From an uncultured Clostridia bacterium (lineage in GTDB: Bacteria > Bacillota > Clostridia > Christensenellales > UBA1242): a DNA stretch of 64,000 nucleotides. Made by a program: the position numbers and the translations under genes. Below are positions 11,511 through 22,535 of this stretch, piece by piece. The stretch is taken from assembly GCA_944377415.1 (NCBI GenBank), contig CALWEW010000001.1, positions 35,604 to 99,603 of the forward strand, given 5' to 3'. The notes beneath the pieces were generated by a model, which ran no database searches, was not told where the DNA came from, and saw only the letters and a program-made list of their open reading frames with translations. Numbering within the stretch: position 1 is the stretch's first letter; each line of letters begins with the position of its first letter.

Positions 11511-11590
11511 TGCCTTGGAGTGCTCTATGAGCACGGAAAGCCAGCCGCATGTAACGACTATAGCAAGTAATATGCTCTCGGCTGCAAGAC
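11511..11590 (-). ncRNA. Putative structured 5' leader RNA of the giant gene (family unknown)
   Basis: GC-rich island in an AT-rich spacer with hairpins GTGCTC-ata-GAGCAC and CAGCCG...CGGCTG. I could not match it to a known riboswitch consensus. Confidence 0.3.
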
Positions 11591-11758
11591 AAATGAAATA
11601 ATGTAATAGTTATTAATGCTTGCTTGCGCATAACTTAATAACTAACTAATTTTTAGATATTTCAAAATTTCCTAGTATAAAGTACATTTAAACAGTATTG
11701 GTGGATGAAAATTTTGTCCTTAATTCAAAATTCAAAATTCCTAATTCAAAATTGCGCT

Positions 11759-14700
11759 TTAAGCGCCTGCGCTAACAAACTCAATTTTGGGGTTCTCACC
11801 CAACACAATAGTAAATTGAGCATATTTACCGTCGTGAGTTTCAACGATTGTGCTTACATAGTCGCCATTAATATCAATTTCTTCTTGATTTATGTTAAGG
11901 AATAGGTCACTTTCAATCGTAGTAAACAATTCGGTGTGATTGTTATTTCCGTCAGTCATTCCGCCCTCGTAGTTTCCAGCGACAGCGTTTGATTGGTTAA
12001 TTACACTACCCTCACGACTGTATTCGTAAACATTGTTTTGAACAAAGTAGTTATAGAAGACATTTCCGCCGTTTGCAAGACCTAAAATATTACCCGCAAC
12101 CGCACTTGTCGGCGTTGTGCCTACCGAACCATAGTATTGATTGTATCTAACATCACCGATATTTACATTGCTCAATACATACGAACCAGTGTTAATCGCA
12201 CCAGTAATTCCACCGAGTGCAACATTTATACCGTTTGTCGTAACAGTTCCGTAGTTCATGTTATATGTCACAAAACCACGGAAGATTTGACTGACGATAC
12301 CACCAGCCGTTGAGTATGTCGACGAGCCAGAAAGCATAATGCTAGTAGTTGTTACAACGCCATAGTTCGTACAACCGCTCACATAACCGTAGCGATAAGT
12401 TGTAGTATCACCTGTGCCAGTGCCTATTTCGATACTATTTAATAGACCGACAATACCACCTGCACGGTATGCAGTAATTTCACCTTGATTATTCACGCTT
12501 GCCATATCACTAGAACCATTATTGCTACCTATAATATAGCCCGCAACATTGTGTCCAGCAATACCACCGACATAAACTTCAAAGTTTTGAGTATCTGCAC
12601 GAGTTAAGTTTATATTTAGCATGTTTGTAGAGTTTTCGATACGCCCATCACCTGCGTATTCAACTAATGATGAACCGTCAGGAGTGTATGAGTAAATACC
12701 GACATAACCAGCAATACCACCGATATAAACATTACTATTTGAAACAGTACCACTTACAACTTCAACAGCCTGGCTTTCTTCGTCATATTTGTCTGCACCG
12801 TTAGAAGTACAATTCATAATCAAACCATAGTTTTGTTCGGCAAAAAGCCCGCTGTAACTGCCTTCCGCTAAACTTGAAACATCAATACTGTATGCTTCAA
12901 GCGTAAGGTCAGCAATCACACCACCGCGAGAACCAAAGTCGTTTTCGCCTATTTCGTAATCCTCGTCAAGTAAGTCATTGTGTGATACTTCGGTATCGGT
13001 AACCGTCCTCCACCAGCCGTAACTTGTAGCACCATTTCCAACAACAATATTAGAAATCGTGTGTCCGTTTCCGTCAAAACCACCTGTCAAGTTGCGAGAT
13101 TTGTAAACATCGCTAACCGCACTTGAATTGAAGTCAACAGGAACTGGGAAGTTTGAAGTTGCCGAAGGGTTATTTATTGCCACATTCGTTATGTCATCAA
13201 GCACTATGTCTTCGTTTAATTCAAAGTACACTTCGGGCAACCAGTACACAAGTTCAAGTTGATATAGAGCCGAGAACGAGTCATGACTTTCAATTACGAA
13301 AGGTTCTTCAATCGTACCTTTACCAGACTTAAAGTAGTTGAAGTTTACATTATCAATAGTAATAGTATCACTACCAAAGGCATTTCCATCACTACTCAAA
13401 ACTGTGAACCTAATCTCGTCAAATGTAGCAACATTCCACAAAGCGATATCGTCAATCAAGTCGCTTGAAATCTTCTTGTATTGAAGTTGTGTGCTACCGT
13501 TCTCGCGGTATGTAAACAGAACTACATCACCATCGACAGTAACATTACCAGTACCAGGCACAAAACCTTCTACCGAACAATTTGAAATATCCCATTCAAG
13601 ACGAACGCCAGGACCATTCACTTCATCAAGTCCAAACGAAGTTGCATCGTTTAACTTGTATGCCGAGCAGTCATAAGTATCACTGTTTAGGTAAATTGTT
13701 CCGTTTTGCGAACTTGTAGTCGTTTCGTCAACTGTTCCTTGAACATAACCCGATAGCGTATATGTCAAAATTCCCGTAGTGTCTGGATATCCGTGAGGAT
13801 TACCCGCCTGCGCCATTGCTGCGGCGATATCCTCTTCGCTTATAGGCACTGTCGTTACTTCGAGATAGTTTCCATAAGTCGAGCCCGAACCATCAGCAGC
13901 ACGAGCAACATTCCAACCATCTGCCCTACCGCCGACCGACACGCCTAAATATGTGATATTTAGAGTAAGATGCATGTTAAGGTCAGTTAAATTCTCAAAG
14001 CCACCAGTATTATAGTTTGCGCCATAACGCCAAGCAAGTTGTCCCCAATCATTAATGTAAAGTTCGTCATTGTAAACTGAACTAAACTCAATATCAGGAA
14101 GTTTCACAACATTATTAAGGCTTTCAGACCATGAAGTATTTACATACCCTTGATATGCGCCTTGTGTAGTTAAAGGCGTACCTGTGTGGCGTACGCGAAT
14201 GTAGTTGAATGTTGAGCCTTTTGCATCGCCATCACCGTCAAATGAATAGGTATTTGTGTCAAGGTGGCGACTTAAAACTTCGCTATCCGAGCCTGTGTAT
14301 TGATATTCAATATCATAACCAGCAGTTGAGCCGTTTGCTGCCTGTGTCCAATTTAATAAACCATTTGCGACATTAAGGTCATCAATCTTTCCGCCATAAA
14401 TTATAGTAAATGAATTGTAAGCATCACTTGTGAGATAAATTGTTTCGGTACTTGCGCCTGTCCATGTGTTACCTACTGAATAAAGTGTAATCACATATCT
14501 TCCAGCATCGATTAAGTATTCTTTTGCATCAAAATATTGCGCTGTGCCGTCAAGTTTATAAGTAATTGTGCTTTCGCCATCAATCGCCAAAATATAAGCC
14601 GTTGCACCAGTGTTATCAATCCAAACACCGTCTTCATCGCGCACACCAAAGTCAAATTCACCGTTCACGATTCTTGAATATGAATTTTCTCTACCAGAAA

Positions 14701-17700
14701 CACTATAATCATTTGGTGCAGAAAGTTTTGTAAACGCTTGTTTGCTTGAAATCGCACTTGTAACATAACCGATTAGATATGTTCCATTGTCGCCTTCAAT
14801 TTTAATTTCTGTCGTGCTTGCGCCACCAACTAATGTGAATTGAAGGTAATATGTTCCAGCATTTAAGTCGCTAATTCCGCTCGAATAACGAGTAACATCA
14901 GCAGAACTATTTATGCTAAATGCCGTACGAGATATTGTGTCGTCATAGTTAGTAAGCAAACCATCATAACGAGTTACGCCTTCAACTGCATTCCAGTAAA
15001 TTGTACCGTCTTTTGTGTACCAGCCGTTCAACTCGTCTTCGTTTGTGATAGTTTCGCCATCCATTACCGCAGAAACAGTATTTGTCGAGAATGTTTCAAG
15101 GCGCTGTACCAAATACAAGCAATTTTCAAACTCACTTTCAATTAAGTTGCTCGAATTACCGAGCGCCTTCGTTTGAACATGATACAACACCCCTGCTTCA
15201 AGGCGTGAGTCGCTCATGTCAAAAGTATTTACACCCGAAGCAAGTTGAATTGTAATCGCCGCACCTGTGTCAAGTGAGTATGTGCCTGCGCTATTATTTA
15301 CAGGTGTGAATATTAGTTGCGTACCGCGGTCAAATTGATTTGATTTATTGAGTGCGATTATACCATCACTACCGATTGTAATTGAAGGTGCTTGATATAC
15401 ATACGCACTGTATACAGAACTTGGTTGACCGTAAAGCAAGTGGATTGTTTTGCCATCACCAACATAAGTAGGCGTGTCATTTAAAAGCACGGCTTGCACA
15501 TAAATTCGAAGCGTACCAGCAGAGAAGTTCTCTATGTCGACTTCGCCACCATTTATATCATACGCCTTTCCATTAAGATTTAATGAATAAGTCGTCGTAA
15601 TTGCATTTGCGGGCATGTAATAAGTGTAAGTTTGAGTGTTACCCCCACTTGCCCAAACAATATCAATGCGGAATCGCATATTATCGCTTGTATTAAGAAT
15701 AGACCATGTTAATACTGGGTCGCCTTGCCCACCATTTGAGCGAGTCATGGTAACACCCACAGGAGATGCAAAACGCTCCAAATATACGGGTTCGGAAATC
15801 TTGCTATCAAGCCAAGCGTTTAATCCACTTTCAAAGCCTCTGCGCAAAATCTGTACATAATAATTTCCACTTTCCAACTCTGGAATTTGTACCGAAGTTG
15901 TTGTCGAAGTCAAAGTCGTACGCAATGTCGCGTTTTGTGGAGTTGAGTTGTCATATTTATATATATAGATAATATAATTTGTCGAACTGCCGCCCTCCTC
16001 TGTCCAAGATAGCGTCATACCCTCGACCGACACATTTGAAACAGCAACTTGCGCGGGCTTTTGTACGATAAATTCGCGGTCATCATCAGGAAGCGATGTC
16101 GACGGGCGCATATAAGGCGCGCTGATTTCACTATCAAACACGCGGTCATAACTGCTTACCGCTTTTATAGTAATTGTAAGAGGAGTATTATAGAACGCAG
16201 ACGGCAAATCATCAAGTGTCGTAGATGATGCATCGTTTACTGTAATTTGATATGTTTCAGTACCTGCGTTTTCACCCAACGAACGAGTTACATAAATTAT
16301 GTAACTATTAATTCTGTTCGAAGTCCCGTTGAGTTCGCTGTATACATAGTTCCATCTTACCATACCGTTATCAACATCAAGTGTCGGCGTGTCAAGTTTG
16401 TAGATTTCGACATAACTTGAAGCATAACTTGTCAAATACCCATACGAAGACGAAGTATTGTTTGCATCATAATTTGTGCCGATTGCGTATATTACAAATT
16501 GATATGCCCCAGCACTCAAAACATCTTGAACGCTATTATTTAATGAGAAGTCCCATGATGGACTGTTCGGATTTTGCGGAGTAACCATTTGAGTTATGAT
16601 AGGCTCATCTTCACGAGTACGGTTTCCACTTGTCGCATCAACATTAATTCTATACAACTCAATTCGGTATTGATTAAGGCTTGAATTGCTTGCCGTCCAG
16701 TAAAGTGTCGTATCACGAACGGTTACATTTGACGGTGTAGCGAGTTGTCGAACATTAAAGGCTTCACTGAAACCTGAGTTTATAATATAGACATCGTCTT
16801 CACCCAAAATTGTCGTTCCGTACCCGCCCGAAAGTTCGTGCTGAATTGTCACTTGCAAACTAATTCCATAAGTTACAGTATTTGCAGTAAGCCCAGTAAT
16901 CACAGCACTTGTCGAATTAATATCAAGTACAGGGCTACCATTCACACCGTATTCTTGCGAACCAACTCGAAGTACATATCTAATGCCCGAGTGATTAGGT
17001 GCGATATTCTCGTCGATAAACGGGTCCCACATAATCACACCGTTTTCAATGCGCACATTAGTAGGAGTATTTAACTGGTATGTCATGATTGAATCTGACC
17101 AATCACCATTTATATACGGTCCCGAAGAATTATTAATCGCACGCACACGGAATACAAAATATCTATCAGTCGAAACAACATCATTTAAGCGTTCGTCAAG
17201 ATTTAGCGGGCGTTCACTTGTCGTAAATTCAGGAATTACAGTTTCGCCGTTACGGTTTGTAATTTGCACTTCGACATATTTTGTGTTAATTGAATTATCA
17301 CCATCGCGGAAATCCCATGTAAGTTCACCATTTTCTACGCGCAAGTTTGACGGCGCACCAAAACGCGTAAGTTCGAGCGAAGTTGTTGGCGCACTATCTA
17401 TTGTATTATTTTCCTCACTCAAGGCAACAACATAGACAAAGTACGAGGTCGAAGATTGTGGCATTTGCTCTGCCGTAGGCTCAAAACTATACTGCGTTAC
17501 ACCTATTTCGGCAGGAATTACTGCCATAGTATTTTCATCATTAAAGTATATACGGTATTCAGTCGCATCATCAACAGCATCCCACACAAGCGAGCCTTGC
17601 GAAATGCTGAAATCCTCGGGAGTTGCAAGTTTTATTAAATTCTCATTACATAATGTAGGTTCCGAAGAAATATATCTATCAGCATCATCACCACTCGGTA

Positions 17701-19300
17701 ATGCCACAATTTTTATGTAATTCTCTCCTACCAGTAATTTTTCATCATCAAAGGATATAGACAAACTAAAACTTGAAGTAGGCTCAAAGGCTCTGTCTGT
17801 TGAAGAAATTGTACTGTTTCCATTAGAACTTAAATAAACCACATATGTAGAGGCATTATCTACAGCAACCCATCTAACTTCATAACCTGTGCCATCGTTA
17901 TTGAGGTCTACACTAAAACTTCCCTTGTCGACAGACTCTAATTGTTGTTGTGCAGGCACATCACTTTGCGCGCTATCAAGATAATAGGTGTTACTTACAG
18001 TAGTGTCAGCCCCGAGCGCGTACATGTAAATCTCAAAACTCGTGTAAGTATCTTCTGCTGGTGGATTTTCCAAATTAGCAAAATCAAACATTGTCGGAGT
18101 TGCACTATTTGCGCTCACGATAACCGTGCGTTCAAAAGTCCCGCCTCCGCTCGCTACCGTAGCATTGTATTTAATCAAGATTTTATACGCAGTCGCGTAT
18201 GGTACCGAACTCCATGTAAGTTGCGCGGTATCACCAACATGACGATAACTCAAATTTGTCGGTGCAGATAGACGCGTAAGTCTAATTGTCGAAGTTGACT
18301 CCGAAGCGAAGTAATTTTTCTCATTATCGCCTTTTGTCGAAACTCTCAAACCATACAGCGTTTCACTCAAATCGCTCGGCACCCTTACATACGCATATCC
18401 ATCTTCCTTATCGGTGTCAATATTGCTAAAAGCCTCTTCCCATTTACTAATATCTTCCTCGCCACCAAAACCACTTAAATTTGTAAACGAAAGAGTGTAA
18501 TCATCTTTTTCGGGTGCAAGGTTTGAAAGTTTAAATCTCAAATAGTATGTACGGTCGCCGCTTTCAGCATCACCTTCGCTTACAAGTTCAAATTCGCTAG
18601 GAACTGCCATTTGTGCGAAAGTGTAACTTGCTGTCGGCTCGGAATCGTCATACATAACACCATTACCGAGAGCCGTAACAGTTACCGTATATTCAACATC
18701 GGGCAAAATTTCATTGTATGCATTTGTCGAAACAATCGTACTGCTCGTAGCCCCAGCGATTGTGAAGTCAAGACGGTATGACGGCACATAAGAACTATTT
18801 GACACGGTTACCGCGTCCCAAACAAGATTGCCCGTTGTTGCATCATAACGAACATTCGTAGGAGTTGACAACTGTTCTGCACTAGCAAAAACATCAACAC
18901 GAATGTTAGAAATATATACATCACTTCTGTCTTTCGAAGTAATCGTGATAACCGACGAGCCAACCGAAACAGCGGTAACTACACCGTTTTCATTAACGGT
19001 AGCAACGCGCTCATTAGCAGACGAAAATTCAACATCTTTGTTAGTCGCGTTTGAAGGCATAACCTGCCATTCTAGTTGATATGTTGCTCCCGATTCGAGC
19101 GACATCGCCACAACAAAAGGGCTATCTGAATTCCAAACTTCATTTGTCTCGGGATTAATGATATCAATGAACCCCGCCGAAACATAGTTTTGAGTGTTGT
19201 CTTCGCCACACGCAACAAAGCAAAGAGGCGCGAGAATTACGACAAAAACCGCCCAAATCCAATTTTTCAAATGCATACTCTTCTGCATAGTGTACCTCAC
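11759..19300 (-). CDS. 2513-aa surface lipoprotein: Big_2 domain, about 15-17 FN3-like repeats, C-terminal GLUG-motif region
   Basis: Lipobox ...LCFVAC-GE. Big_2 signature (VMPSNATNKDVEFSSANERVATVNENGVVTAVSVG). Repeats such as LSTPTNVRY..LVWDAV and LATPEDFSISQGSLVWDAV. C-terminal GGFDGNGHTISNI, VYIGGIAG and AGGIVG motifs. Confidence 0.9.
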   Translation of the reverse strand: MRYTMQKSMHLKNWIWAVFVVILAPLCFVACGEDNTQNYVSAGFIDIINPETNEVWNSDSPFVVAMSLESGATYQLEWQVMPSNATNKDVEFSSANERVATVNENGVVTAVSVGSSVITITSKDRSDVYISNIRVDVFASAEQLSTPTNVRYDATTGNLVWDAVTVSNSSYVPSYRLDFTIAGATSSTIVSTNAYNEILPDVEYTVTVTALGNGVMYDDSEPTASYTFAQMAVPSEFELVSEGDAESGDRTYYLRFKLSNLAPEKDDYTLSFTNLSGFGGEEDISKWEEAFSNIDTDKEDGYAYVRVPSDLSETLYGLRVSTKGDNEKNYFASESTSTIRLTRLSAPTNLSYRHVGDTAQLTWSSVPYATAYKILIKYNATVASGGGTFERTVIVSANSATPTMFDFANLENPPAEDTYTSFEIYMYALGADTTVSNTYYLDSAQSDVPAQQQLESVDKGSFSVDLNNDGTGYEVRWVAVDNASTYVVYLSSNGNSTISSTDRAFEPTSSFSLSISFDDEKLLVGENYIKIVALPSGDDADRYISSEPTLCNENLIKLATPEDFSISQGSLVWDAVDDATEYRIYFNDENTMAVIPAEIGVTQYSFEPTAEQMPQSSTSYFVYVVALSEENNTIDSAPTTSLELTRFGAPSNLRVENGELTWDFRDGDNSINTKYVEVQITNRNGETVIPEFTTSERPLNLDERLNDVVSTDRYFVFRVRAINNSSGPYINGDWSDSIMTYQLNTPTNVRIENGVIMWDPFIDENIAPNHSGIRYVLRVGSQEYGVNGSPVLDINSTSAVITGLTANTVTYGISLQVTIQHELSGGYGTTILGEDDVYIINSGFSEAFNVRQLATPSNVTVRDTTLYWTASNSSLNQYRIELYRINVDATSGNRTREDEPIITQMVTPQNPNSPSWDFSLNNSVQDVLSAGAYQFVIYAIGTNYDANNTSSSYGYLTSYASSYVEIYKLDTPTLDVDNGMVRWNYVYSELNGTSNRINSYIIYVTRSLGENAGTETYQITVNDASSTTLDDLPSAFYNTPLTITIKAVSSYDRVFDSEISAPYMRPSTSLPDDDREFIVQKPAQVAVSNVSVEGMTLSWTEEGGSSTNYIIYIYKYDNSTPQNATLRTTLTSTTTSVQIPELESGNYYVQILRRGFESGLNAWLDSKISEPVYLERFASPVGVTMTRSNGGQGDPVLTWSILNTSDNMRFRIDIVWASGGNTQTYTYYMPANAITTTYSLNLNGKAYDINGGEVDIENFSAGTLRIYVQAVLLNDTPTYVGDGKTIHLLYGQPSSVYSAYVYQAPSITIGSDGIIALNKSNQFDRGTQLIFTPVNNSAGTYSLDTGAAITIQLASGVNTFDMSDSRLEAGVLYHVQTKALGNSSNLIESEFENCLYLVQRLETFSTNTVSAVMDGETITNEDELNGWYTKDGTIYWNAVEGVTRYDGLLTNYDDTISRTAFSINSSADVTRYSSGISDLNAGTYYLQFTLVGGASTTEIKIEGDNGTYLIGYVTSAISSKQAFTKLSAPNDYSVSGRENSYSRIVNGEFDFGVRDEDGVWIDNTGATAYILAIDGESTITYKLDGTAQYFDAKEYLIDAGRYVITLYSVGNTWTGASTETIYLTSDAYNSFTIIYGGKIDDLNVANGLLNWTQAANGSTAGYDIEYQYTGSDSEVLSRHLDTNTYSFDGDGDAKGSTFNYIRVRHTGTPLTTQGAYQGYVNTSWSESLNNVVKLPDIEFSSVYNDELYINDWGQLAWRYGANYNTGGFENLTDLNMHLTLNITYLGVSVGGRADGWNVARAADGSGSTYGNYLEVTTVPISEEDIAAAMAQAGNPHGYPDTTGILTYTLSGYVQGTVDETTTSSQNGTIYLNSDTYDCSAYKLNDATSFGLDEVNGPGVRLEWDISNCSVEGFVPGTGNVTVDGDVVLFTYRENGSTQLQYKKISSDLIDDIALWNVATFDEIRFTVLSSDGNAFGSDTITIDNVNFNYFKSGKGTIEEPFVIESHDSFSALYQLELVYWLPEVYFELNEDIVLDDITNVAINNPSATSNFPVPVDFNSSAVSDVYKSRNLTGGFDGNGHTISNIVVGNGATSYGWWRTVTDTEVSHNDLLDEDYEIGENDFGSRGGVIADLTLEAYSIDVSSLAEGSYSGLFAEQNYGLIMNCTSNGADKYDEESQAVEVVSGTVSNSNVYIGGIAGYVGIYSYTPDGSSLVEYAGDGRIENSTNMLNINLTRADTQNFEVYVGGIAGHNVAGYIIGSNNGSSDMASVNNQGEITAYRAGGIVGLLNSIEIGTGTGDTTTYRYGYVSGCTNYGVVTTTSIMLSGSSTYSTAGGIVSQIFRGFVTYNMNYGTVTTNGINVALGGITGAINTGSYVLSNVNIGDVRYNQYYGSVGTTPTSAVAGNILGLANGGNVFYNYFVQNNVYEYSREGSVINQSNAVAGNYEGGMTDGNNNHTELFTTIESDLFLNINQEEIDINGDYVSTIVETHDGKYAQFTIVLGENPKIEFVSAGA

Positions 19301-19617
19301 AATTTTTTATTAGACAGCATAATACTAAAACTTATGTTTTGCCTAATTTCGTAAATTAAACAAAAAAACGAAAGAATTTTGTCTAAATTTGTAAAAATAT
19401 TTATACTCACGCAAACGCCAATTCGCACGCGCGCGTATTGCCCGAAAATCCTAGTCGATTAATTATATCTTAAAAGCAAATTTAAAGTCAAATAATATTA
19501 AGACTTTTTCAGCCTTTTTTCTACATTTTTTAAGTATTTTTCTACACTTTTATACAAGCAAAAAATTGCCCTTTTATCGCGCTTACCCTCCTTTTCCAAA
19601 ACTCTATAAAAAACAAA

Positions 19618-19643
19618 AAAATAGCCGATTAAACGGCTATTTT
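19618..19643 (-). terminator. Intrinsic terminator overlapping the degV stop
   Basis: AAAATAGCCG-attaaa-CGGCTATTTT with a T-run on the minus strand. Confidence 0.7.
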
Positions 19644-20485
19644 GTGTAGTATAAAATTCCAATAGTGTTTGGGCCACAGTGCGTACCAACAGTACACCCC
19701 GCATCTGTTTCGATTACTTCGTCAAATATATTCTTAATTCGCTCACGGATACCATCAACAATTTCATTCTTTATCGGTGTGTGCGTGATAAAACAGCGGG
19801 TGCGGTCTATATTCGGGAAGTTTAGCAAAATGTAGTCAACATACTTAGGCACTATTTTTTCGAACTTGCCCATCAGTTTGCTTCCGACCTTCATTTCGCC
19901 ATCGCGCAAAACAATAATCGGCTTAATTTGAAGAAGTGATGCGCTAAATTTTGCCACCCCAGAACAGCGCCCGCCTTTGTGAAGGTAGTCCAACTTGTCA
20001 ATCACAAAACTTGCTTGCACAGCCCCTCTGCGTTCTTTCACTTTTTCAAATACCTCAGCCGCAGAAAGCCCCTTGTCGACAAGTTCTTTTGCGTAGAGCA
20101 TTTGAAGCCCTACACCAGTCGAAAGTGATAGCGAGTCGATGACAAAAACCTTGTCCGCAAACAACTGCGCAGCGGTCAAAGCATTTTGATAAAGCGTACT
20201 AAATTTAGACGAAATTGCAAAGTGAATAATGGCATCATATCCGCCATCACTTGATAACTGTTCACGGAAAAACTCCTCAAACTCAACAGGGTTGTTTGCC
20301 GAAGTTTTTGGCAAAACTGGGTTCTCTTTTAGGAATTTGTAAAACTCGTCTTGCGATATATCACGGGCATCACTGTATTCCTTATCCCCCAAAGTAATAT
20401 GTACTGGCAAAATCGCAAAATTGTTCTTTTCAATCAGCGCACGACTAAGATCGCAACTTGAATCGGCTGTGATTTTGATTTTCAT
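19637..20485 (-). CDS. degV: DegV family fatty-acid-binding protein
   Basis: KIKITADSSCDL start, SSKFSTLYQ, IDSLSLSTG, LDYLHKGGR, HCGPNTIGI; 282 aa. Confidence 0.95.
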   Translation of the reverse strand: MKIKITADSSCDLSRALIEKNNFAILPVHITLGDKEYSDARDISQDEFYKFLKENPVLPKTSANNPVEFEEFFREQLSSDGGYDAIIHFAISSKFSTLYQNALTAAQLFADKVFVIDSLSLSTGVGLQMLYAKELVDKGLSAAEVFEKVKERRGAVQASFVIDKLDYLHKGGRCSGVAKFSASLLQIKPIIVLRDGEMKVGSKLMGKFEKIVPKYVDYILLNFPNIDRTRCFITHTPIKNEIVDGIRERIKNIFDEVIETDAGCTVGTHCGPNTIGILYYTK

Positions 20486-20597
20486 AGGCTCACTCCTGCA
20501 AATATTTAGTTTTAATAACTAAATTATACCTAAAAATACAAAAAAAATCAAATAAAAAAAGAAAATAAAGTAAAATTTATTCTCTTTTAATTATATT

Positions 20598-22004
20598 TTA
20601 ACCATAAATTTTGTCATGCAAATAGTCTTTTAGTTCTGCAATTTTTACGCGTTCTTGTACCATTGTATCACGGTCGCGAACAGTTACACACCCGTCGACC
20701 GCGCTGTCGAAATCAAATGTAACACAATATGGTGTGCCGATTTCATCTTGACGGCGGTAACGCTTACCGATTGAACCTGTTGTATCATATTCACAACGGA
20801 AGTGCTTGTTCAAATCTTTGTATAAATTAAAAGCAAGTTCTTCTAATTTCTTGCTCAAAGGCAATACCGCTACTTTTATAGGCGCGATTTTCGGCTTAAA
20901 GCCCATTACAACACGCTCATCGCCGTCATCAAGTTTTTCAACACGGTATGCACTGCAAAGTGTAGCAAGTAGCATACGGTCAACCCCGACACTCGGTTCA
21001 ACCACATAAGGAATGTAAGTTTCGTTTGTATACGGGTCAGTATAACTTAAATCTTCCCCACTAAATTCAGCATGACGCGAAAGGTCATAATTTGTGCGGT
21101 TTGCAATTCCCCACAACTCGCCCCAGCCAAAAGGATACTTAAATTCTATATCAGTAGTCGCCGCCGAATAGAATACGAGTTCTTCGGGACTGTGGTCGCG
21201 GAAGCGCAAAGCATCTTGCTCGATACCGATGTCGACTAAAAAGTCAAAACATGCTTGACGATAATATTTGTGCCACTCGGGCGCACTCTTTGGCTCACAG
21301 AAAAACTCCATTTCCATTTGCTCAAATTCACGCGTGCGGAAAATAAAGTTACCAGGAGTAATTTCGTTACGGAATGCCTTACCGATTTGACAAATACCCA
21401 TAGGCAACTTGCTGCGGGTTGCGCGTTGCACATTTTTAAAGTTAACGAAAATTCCACCAGCAGTTTCAGGACGCAAGTAAACAGTGTTTGTATTGTCTTC
21501 TGTAACACCGATAAAAGTCTTGAACATAAGATTAAACTTGCGAATAGGTGTAAAGTCGCAGTGCTTGCAGTCAGGACAAGGAATCTTATTTTCTTTAATG
21601 AAGTTTTCCATTTCGGTTTGGCTCATCGCCTCGACACTGCCGACTTCGTTTTTAATTCCTGCCAACTCGCGATTGTGAAGCCATTCTTCAATTAACTTGT
21701 CTGCTCTGTGGCGCGTGTGGCAGTTACGACAATCGATGAGCGGGTCGCTGAAACCAGAAATGTGGCCACTTGCTTCCCAAACACGCGGGTTCATAATAAT
21801 TGCGCTATCAAGTCCAACATTGTGCGGCTCCTGTTGCACAAATCTCTCCCACCACGCATTTTTCAAATTGTTTTTCAACTCGACACCAAGCGGGCCATAG
21901 TCCCAACTATTGCTAAGCCCACCATAAATCTCACTACCAGCAAAAATAAAACCACGATTTTTGCAAAGTGAAATAATTTCCGTCATGTTTAAGTCGTCTT
22001 TCAT
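20598..22004 (-). CDS. glyQS: Glycine--tRNA ligase, homodimeric class IIa type
   Basis: [59 protein letters not shown]. Confidence 0.97.
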   Translation of the reverse strand: MKDDLNMTEIISLCKNRGFIFAGSEIYGGLSNSWDYGPLGVELKNNLKNAWWERFVQQEPHNVGLDSAIIMNPRVWEASGHISGFSDPLIDCRNCHTRHRADKLIEEWLHNRELAGIKNEVGSVEAMSQTEMENFIKENKIPCPDCKHCDFTPIRKFNLMFKTFIGVTEDNTNTVYLRPETAGGIFVNFKNVQRATRSKLPMGICQIGKAFRNEITPGNFIFRTREFEQMEMEFFCEPKSAPEWHKYYRQACFDFLVDIGIEQDALRFRDHSPEELVFYSAATTDIEFKYPFGWGELWGIANRTNYDLSRHAEFSGEDLSYTDPYTNETYIPYVVEPSVGVDRMLLATLCSAYRVEKLDDGDERVVMGFKPKIAPIKVAVLPLSKKLEELAFNLYKDLNKHFRCEYDTTGSIGKRYRRQDEIGTPYCVTFDFDSAVDGCVTVRDRDTMVQERVKIAELKDYLHDKIYG

Positions 22005-22199
22005 GATTTGTAAAATCCTTTTAGAAGTAAATAATTCAAAATATTGCTTTAAATATTATCATATTCTTGCCATTATTTCAAGCGGTTTTGCATAATTTAA
22101 AATATGTATTAAAGCCCCGTTTCCACCCTATATCGAATTATTTAATTAATTATTTTTACTTGTTAATTATTTTTACTTGAAATTATACAAAAAACAAAT

Positions 22200-22333
22200 T
22201 GCATAATACCCATGTTTCTAAATATAAAAACCACCTCAAACCGAGTTGCATAGTACCGTTTTTGCGAATAATTTATATGCATAATACTTTATTTTTGCTT
22301 TTAACAATCTTGCATAGTATTTATGCATAGTAC
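22200..22333 (+). repeat. Cluster of five direct copies of the TGCATA(G/A)TA(C/T) motif
   Basis: Copies start at 22200, 22247, 22278, 22311 and 22324. Confidence 0.85.
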
Positions 22334-22367
22334 CGTTTTATTAATGGTTTTGCGTATACAAAAAAAC

Positions 22368-22439
22368 AAAAACACTCTACCAATCAAGCACCCCCACTTT
22401 TTGAAGGGTATGCACTTAAATAATTAGTAGAGTGTTTTT
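22368..22439. terminator. Long hairpin flanked by A/T runs (likely terminator of the 22536 ORF)
   Basis: AAAAACACTCTAC (22368-22380) ... GTAGAGTGTTTTT (22427-22439). Confidence 0.55.
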
Positions 22440-22535
22440 TTATTTCAAATAAACAAATATTCATCAAATTTAATTAATTATTCTGTTTAATTATTCTGTT
22501 TTTTGCACTTATTAATTAATTCATTCAATAGTTGC

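Noticed and set aside
11525-11540. Hammerhead ribozyme core (CTATGA...GAAA)
   Set aside because: It lacks the CUGANGA consensus and has no stem II between the two parts.
19498-19704. 68-aa minus-strand ORF overlapping the degV end
   Set aside because: It overlaps degV and its terminator, has a GTG start without an RBS, and is low-complexity.
22200-22333. CRISPR array
   Set aside because: The repeat is only 10-15 bp with irregular 13-47 nt periods, and there are no cas genes in the window.
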